Shown here piece after piece: positions 59,106 to 64,000 of a stretch of 64,000 bases of DNA. Origin of the DNA: an uncultured Candidatus Saccharibacteria bacterium (lineage in GTDB: Bacteria > Patescibacteriota > Doudnabacteria > UBA920); assembly GCA_964612745.1 (NCBI GenBank), contig CAZTCH010000004.1, positions 29,382 to 93,381 on the forward strand, given 5' to 3'. The position numbers and the translations under genes are program-made. The notes under the pieces are model-generated. The model saw only the letters and a program-made list of their open reading frames with translations, had not been told where the DNA came from and did no database searches. The stretch's first letter is position 1, and the number at the start of each line of letters is the position of its first letter.

Positions 59106-59307
59106 GCCCAGGTGGTGGAATTGGTATGGTAGCGTATAAATGATGGGCGTATGGTGGAATTGGTATACACGTACGCTTCAGGTGCGTATGGGAGTAATCC
59201 CGTGAGAGTTCGAGTCTCTCTACGCCCACCATTTATATACAACACGTCCCGCCGCATGGCGGGGTGACCGCAAGGTCGTGGAGGTTCGAGTCCTCTTCTG
59301 GGCACCA
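59106..59307 (+). other. Split, anticodon-less tRNA-Leu-like element enclosing the intact tRNA
   Basis: 5' part GCCCAGGTGGTGGAATTGGTA (59106-59126) pairs with 3' part ...GACCGCAAGGTC-GTGGAGGTTCGAGTCCTCT-TCTGGGC-ACCA (ends 59307). Confidence 0.75.
59145..59231 (+). tRNA. tRNA-Leu(CAG)
   Basis: GGGCGTA...TACGCCC-ACCA; anticodon arm TACGC-TTCAGGT-GCGTA; long variable arm. Confidence 0.95.
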
Positions 59308-59381
59308 TTTATATACAACACGTCCCGATGTCGCATCGGGATGGGAGCAATCCCGTGAGAGTTCGAGTCTCTCTACGCCCG
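59229..59381 (+). repeat. Two tRNA-Leu 3'-half repeat units (types A, B)
   Basis: Each starts CCATTTATATACAACACGTCCCG, then hairpin, variable arm and T-arm. Confidence 0.9.
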
Positions 59382-59425
59382 CAGTAAGAAAAAAGTATCG
59401 GCAGACCCGAGTGCTTTTAAAAAAT

Positions 59426-60241
59426 ATGTCTCACGGATTAACATATATAAAATCAAAAGGTAAATGTATTTATTGCGATAAATCAGATACCGATCTTAGC
59501 GATGAACATATTGTACCACTTTCCCTTGGCGGCGTTCATATTATACAAAAAGCGAGTTGTTCTAATTGTGCAAAAATAACAAGTGGTTTTGAAGGTAACG
59601 TTGCTCAGGGTTTATGGGGTGATGCGAGGGTAGCTTTTAACGCTCCGACGCGACACCTTAAAAAAAGAAAGGGTGTTATTTCTACTAAAATTTCTCAAGG
59701 CACTAAAGAAATTGAAATTTCAAGTACTGAATATCCTGCCGGCTTTGTTTTTTACCGCATGAATATTCCAGGTATATTACAAGGACTACCAGAAAATAAG
59801 GATGTTTCTGCTTTATGGACAATGGATATGGTTGACGATGACAAAAGGAGAGAGGATTTTTTTAAGAAACACGGTAGCTATCCAACACTAAAGTTTAAAC
59901 ACGTACCTCAAGATTTTGGGCGAATGCTGATTAAGATAGGCTATGGACATATTCTGACCTTTCTCGAGCCTGAAGATTTCAACCCTTTCTGTTTGCCATA
60001 TATTTTGGGAGAAAAACAAAATGTATCTTATTTGGTTGGGGAGCAGGCAAAAAATGTTGCTCCTAGCCTTGACCTGGGATATTCGCTTCATGCAAAAGGT
60101 TTTGTGATTTCAGAAAATAGACTTTTACTAATTGCAATAGTTAGACTTTATGCGAACACACATTCTCCTGAATATGAAATAGTGGTTGGTGATGTTCTTG
60201 GTTTTGAAAAAATTACTCAAGTTTTGAAAAAGATAACATGA
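59426..60241 (+). CDS. HNH-type (zinc-binding) endonuclease-like protein, AT-rich
   Basis: CIYC...LSDEHIVPLSLGG...SCSNC; start at MSHGL. Confidence 0.8.
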   Translation: MSHGLTYIKSKGKCIYCDKSDTDLSDEHIVPLSLGGVHIIQKASCSNCAKITSGFEGNVAQGLWGDARVAFNAPTRHLKKRKGVISTKISQGTKEIEISSTEYPAGFVFYRMNIPGILQGLPENKDVSALWTMDMVDDDKRREDFFKKHGSYPTLKFKHVPQDFGRMLIKIGYGHILTFLEPEDFNPFCLPYILGEKQNVSYLVGEQAKNVAPSLDLGYSLHAKGFVISENRLLLIAIVRLYANTHSPEYEIVVGDVLGFEKITQVLKKIT

Positions 60242-60326
60242 CCTAAGTGCCCCACAAACCCAAGAGAAAAGTGCTAGAATGTCCTTACAAGGGTTATATC
60301 TCTGGGTACTTAACCCGAGTGGTCTA

Positions 60327-60478
60327 CCATTTATATACAACACGTCCCGATGTCGCATCGGGATGGGAGCAATCCCGTGAGAGTTCGAGTCTCTCTACGC
60401 CCACCATTTATATACAACACGTCCCGCCGCATGGCGGGGTGACCGCAAGGTCGTGGATGCTTAAATCTTCTTCCGAGG
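60327..60478 (+). repeat. Two tRNA-Leu 3'-half repeat units (type B, then degenerate type A)
   Basis: Near-identical to 59305-59380 and 59229-59282. Confidence 0.9.
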
Positions 60479-60481
60479 AGC

Positions 60482-60520
60482 AGTAATAGTGGCTGACCAA
60501 TTTGGTCAGTCACTATTACT
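60482..60520 (+). terminator. 19-bp hairpin closing the tRNA-Leu locus
   Basis: AGTAATAGTGGCTGACCAA-T-TTGGTCAGTCACTATTACT. Confidence 0.75.
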
Positions 60521-60623
60521 TTGTGTGCAAGAGAGGGCAAGAAGAACAACATCCAAAACCTTGAAACCCCTACAAATCCTCACTGTTACTCCCTATATTT
60601 AAGCGCTATTTACGCTATTTCGA

Positions 60624-60652
60624 TTGACAAAAGCAGATGACCAAGCTATAAT
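60624..60652 (+). promoter_or_regulatory. Perfect consensus sigma70 promoter about 380 nt upstream of rnj
   Basis: TTGACA-N17-TATAAT. Confidence 0.85.
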
Positions 60653-61036
60653 GTGTTGGCAAGTAGACGAACTCCAAAGAAACAAAATTCTTACAGTTTA
60701 CAAATCAGACCTAGAAAACAGTTTTTTATTTTTGATTTGTTAATTGTGCCCCATCTTTTTGTGGGACCAAATTCTTATTGTGGCGATTGCATAAATCACA
60801 CGGTAAGCCTCAGGCATTTTTTGCCCAGCACGAGTTAACAATTTGCGTAATTCGAAAGAGCATAGCATCTACTGACGTTTATTAGGTGCAGAGATAAGAC
60901 GCTATATTTCTCAAGAATTATTCTTCTATCAAATAAGTGGCGAACCAGCTTTTCGCGACCAATAATACAGCGACCGATTTTATTTTACCGCTTGTTATTC
61001 TGGACCTGCACGAGCTGGTCACCACAATAGACACAC

Positions 61037-62932
61037 ATGATTAAAAATACTTCGCAACATTTGCATCGACCAAGTGGTCCACAACAGCCAAATAATCGCC
61101 CTCCTCGCAAAACTGGTGGGCATAGCATGGGCGGATCCCGACGGCCAATGCCACGCAGACAACCTGGACAAGACTTTATTGATCGTCAGGTTGCACTCGC
61201 AAACTTAGAAGCCAAAAATAAGCACCTTACCCCTGTAAAAACCAGCGCACATACACAAAGCAGAAATGTTTTGCGCGTTATTCCTTTGGGTGGGGTAGAA
61301 GAAATCGGTGTTAACTGTACCGTTTTTGAATTTGGTGATGATATTATCATTATCGACTGTGGTCTCGCCTTCCCAGACGAAACCATGCCAGGGGTAGATT
61401 ACATTATTCCTGATATTACCTACTTAGAAGAGAACAAGCACAAAATCCGTGGTGTATTTATTACCCACGCTCACTTGGACCACATTGGTGCTCTTCCATA
61501 CGTATTGGCAAAACTTGGTGACCCAGCTGTGTACACCATGCCTTTGTCTGCTGGACTTATCCGCAAACGCTTAGAAGAGTTTAACCTCGCCGAACGCACT
61601 CGCTTACATGCAGTAGACAAAGACGATACCATTCAGCTTGGTAACTTTAAAGTAGAATTTTTCCGCCTGAACCACAACATTCCAGATTGTGTCGGTATGC
61701 GGATTCAAACCCCAGTTGGTAACGTTGTATACGCAACAGACTGGAAGTTTGACCACACCCCAACAGACGAAAAACCAACTGAGTTCGAAAAGATTGCTCG
61801 TTTTGGTGGCGAAGGTGTGTTGCTTCTTATGAGCGACTCCACAAACGCCATGAAACCAGGGTACTGTATTTCCGAACGCGAGCTGGCAAATACAATTGAC
61901 CGAGTATTCCAAGATACCAAAGGTCGTATTATTTTTGCTACGTTCTCACAGCTTATTTCTCGTATCCAGTCAGTCTGCGATTCTGCAGCAAAATATAATC
62001 GCAAAATCGTTGTAACTGGACGTTCCATGGTGAATGCAATAGAAATTGCACTCTCTTTGGGCTACCTCCGCATACAACCAAAAATATTTATTAAATCCGA
62101 ACAAGCTTCCAAGTTTCCAGACGCAAGCCTTGTAGTACTGACTACTGGCTCACAAGGTGAAGAATCTTCTGCGCTCGCTCGCATGGCTCGTGGCGAACAC
62201 AAAACCATTCAAGTACGCAAAGGTGACACCGTGGTTATGTCTGCTTCTCCAATTCCTGGCAACGAACGCTCGGTAGTAGAAGTCATAGACAACCTGACCC
62301 GCCAAGGTGCAAACGTTATCTACAACAAAATTCTAGATATTCACGCATCGGGACACGCTCAGCAAGAAGAACTCAAGATGATGTTCGGCTTGGTGAAACC
62401 AAAGTACTTTGTTCCAATCCACGGTGAACACCACATGATTGTGGCTCACAACAAATTAGCACAAAGTGTTGGTCTCCCTCCAGAAAATACATTCGCACTC
62501 GACAACGGTAACGTACTCGAATTCAACGAGCACAGCCAAGCCAAGCTTGCAGACGGCAAAGTACAAGCTGGTTACGTCTATGTAGATGGTCTTGGTGTTG
62601 GCGATGTTGGTGAAGTTGTCTTACGTGACCGCCAAGTCATGAGCAAAGATGGTATGTTTGTTATTATCGTCTCTCTTGACCGCAAAACAAGCAAACTGAT
62701 TAACCAACCAGATATTATTTCTCGTGGTTTCATTTATATGAAAGGCAACGAAGATATTATCCGAGAAGTGAAGCACGAAGTCAGAAAAATCTGTGAGAAC
62801 AAAGGCCCAGAAAAGGCTTCTGAACCAGACTATTCTTACCTCAGACAAGTAGTCCGTGACCAAGTTGGCGAATATTTGTTCCAAAAGACAAACCGTCGCC
62901 CAATGGTACTGCCGGTGATTATAGAGGTATAA
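61037..62932 (+). CDS. rnj: Ribonuclease J with disordered N-terminal extension
   Basis: PLGGVEEIGVN, THAHLDHIG, TTGSQGE, HASGHA, PIHGE, RRPMVLPVIIEV. Confidence 0.97.
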   Translation: MIKNTSQHLHRPSGPQQPNNRPPRKTGGHSMGGSRRPMPRRQPGQDFIDRQVALANLEAKNKHLTPVKTSAHTQSRNVLRVIPLGGVEEIGVNCTVFEFGDDIIIIDCGLAFPDETMPGVDYIIPDITYLEENKHKIRGVFITHAHLDHIGALPYVLAKLGDPAVYTMPLSAGLIRKRLEEFNLAERTRLHAVDKDDTIQLGNFKVEFFRLNHNIPDCVGMRIQTPVGNVVYATDWKFDHTPTDEKPTEFEKIARFGGEGVLLLMSDSTNAMKPGYCISERELANTIDRVFQDTKGRIIFATFSQLISRIQSVCDSAAKYNRKIVVTGRSMVNAIEIALSLGYLRIQPKIFIKSEQASKFPDASLVVLTTGSQGEESSALARMARGEHKTIQVRKGDTVVMSASPIPGNERSVVEVIDNLTRQGANVIYNKILDIHASGHAQQEELKMMFGLVKPKYFVPIHGEHHMIVAHNKLAQSVGLPPENTFALDNGNVLEFNEHSQAKLADGKVQAGYVYVDGLGVGDVGEVVLRDRQVMSKDGMFVIIVSLDRKTSKLINQPDIISRGFIYMKGNEDIIREVKHEVRKICENKGPEKASEPDYSYLRQVVRDQVGEYLFQKTNRRPMVLPVIIEV

Positions 62933-63022
62933 CTTTTCAAAAACAGCTGAGCACGACTCAGCTGTTTTTTTGCGTAAACCCCTACTGGCACAAGCCAATC
63001 CCTCCTTGCTATACTAATACAT

Positions 63023-64000
63023 ATGCAAAAAGAACGAATTCTCTCGGGCATCCGCGCCACAAGCAAACTCCACATTGGTAATTACCTCGGTGCTTTAAAA
63101 CAGTTTGTTGACCTCCAAAACAACACTGATTCAGAGTGCTTGTTTTTCATAGCAGATTTACACGCTCTGACCACCCCGTTTGTCCCTGCTGACCTACGCC
63201 ACATTACTCTCGAAGTTGCTGCAGAATACATTGCTGCGGGGCTTGATCCAGAAAAGTCAGTTTTGTTTTTACAAAACCAAGTACATGAACACACAGAGCT
63301 TGCTTGGATATTTGAATGCATCAGTCCTTTAGGTGAACTGGAACGCATGACCCAGTTCAAAGATAAAAGCAAACAACAAGCTGAAAGTATTAACGCAGGA
63401 CTCCTGACCTACCCTGTACTGATGAGTGCCGACATCTTGCTGTACAAACCTAAATTCGTACCTGTCGGAGAAGACCAGATGCAGCACCTTGAGCTTGCCC
63501 GTATTGTGGCTCGCAAGTTCAACACACAATTTGGGAAAGTATTCCCAGAGCCAAAAAATCATGCGTTAAAACCATTACGCATTATGAGCTTGAAGGATCC
63601 AAGCAAAAAAATGAGTAAGACTGGAGATATTCCCCTCTTTTTAGCAGACACCCCAGAGGAGATTTACGCAAAAATAAAAAAAGCAGTTACCGCAAGCGAC
63701 TCGCATGGCGCATCTGCTGGCGCGGAAAACTTAATCTATCTTTTGTCTCACTTTGGCACATCGGAACATGTTGCCCAAATTGCTGACGCAGTAAAGACTG
63801 AGGCACTCAAATATAGTGAACTCAAAGATGTTCTCGCTGCAGATATCGCTGAACATTTTGCACAATTCCGTGAGAAGAAAGCAGAACTCTTATCTCGCCC
63901 AGACACGCTCGCCCAAATCCTTGGCGACGGTGCACACAAAGCGAGAAAAATTGCACAACAAACGTTAGCAGAAGTGAAAGAGAAGATTGGATTGTTGTAG
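63023..64000 (+). CDS. trpS: Tryptophan--tRNA ligase
   Basis: HIGN, YPVLMSADIL, VPVGEDQ, KMSKT. Confidence 0.97.
   Translation: MQKERILSGIRATSKLHIGNYLGALKQFVDLQNNTDSECLFFIADLHALTTPFVPADLRHITLEVAAEYIAAGLDPEKSVLFLQNQVHEHTELAWIFECISPLGELERMTQFKDKSKQQAESINAGLLTYPVLMSADILLYKPKFVPVGEDQMQHLELARIVARKFNTQFGKVFPEPKNHALKPLRIMSLKDPSKKMSKTGDIPLFLADTPEEIYAKIKKAVTASDSHGASAGAENLIYLLSHFGTSEHVAQIADAVKTEALKYSELKDVLAADIAEHFAQFREKKAELLSRPDTLAQILGDGAHKARKIAQQTLAEVKEKIGLL

Noticed and set aside
59264-59425. N-terminal extension of the HNH ORF, and ORFs at 59096, 60128, 60247, 60331
   Set aside because: Translations of tRNA-derived repeats.
59229-60478. CRISPR array reading of the 23-nt repeat with ~53-nt spacers
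   Set aside because: The spacers are tRNA-Leu 3' halves that themselves repeat, and no cas genes are present.
62935-63022. T-box leader before trpS
   Set aside because: Spacer contains only a terminator and a -10 box 7 nt before ATG.
1-64000. Alternative genetic code (UGA=Gly)
   Set aside because: Conserved genes are full length in code 11 and TGA ends ORFs such as 41281-41643.

Overview
64 kb of core chromosome from a small-genome bacterium using genetic code 11. Gene content and order (short HrcA, truncated Rel, lepB-hisS-HIT-rpsU-yqeY-ftsA-ftsZ cluster, pilin/ComEC/DprA, many apparently leaderless genes) suggest Patescibacteria/CPR, which is an inference. It holds the groESL and hrcA-grpE-dnaK-dnaJ chaperone operons with variant CIRCE boxes, DNA repair/topology genes (mutM, uvrA, uvrC, topA), division and translation genes, five intact tRNAs and one tnpA-only IS200/IS605 element. 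Most unusual observations: (1) a tRNA-Leu(CAG) nested in the D-loop of a second, anticodon-less tRNA-Leu-like gene, followed by repeated tRNA 3'-half units that bracket an AT-rich HNH gene; (2) a free-standing ~180-nt structured RNA with a perfect sigma70 promoter and a loop-displayed CCUCCU motif; (3) dispersed inverted 7/8/9-mer arrays that occur empty, around four-helix-bundle genes, and in frame inside uvrC/grpE/topA; (4) a catalytically degenerate second HisRS; (5) an operon of four hydrophobic 28-45 aa microproteins missed by the ORF track. All structures and alignments were read by eye; no searches were run.
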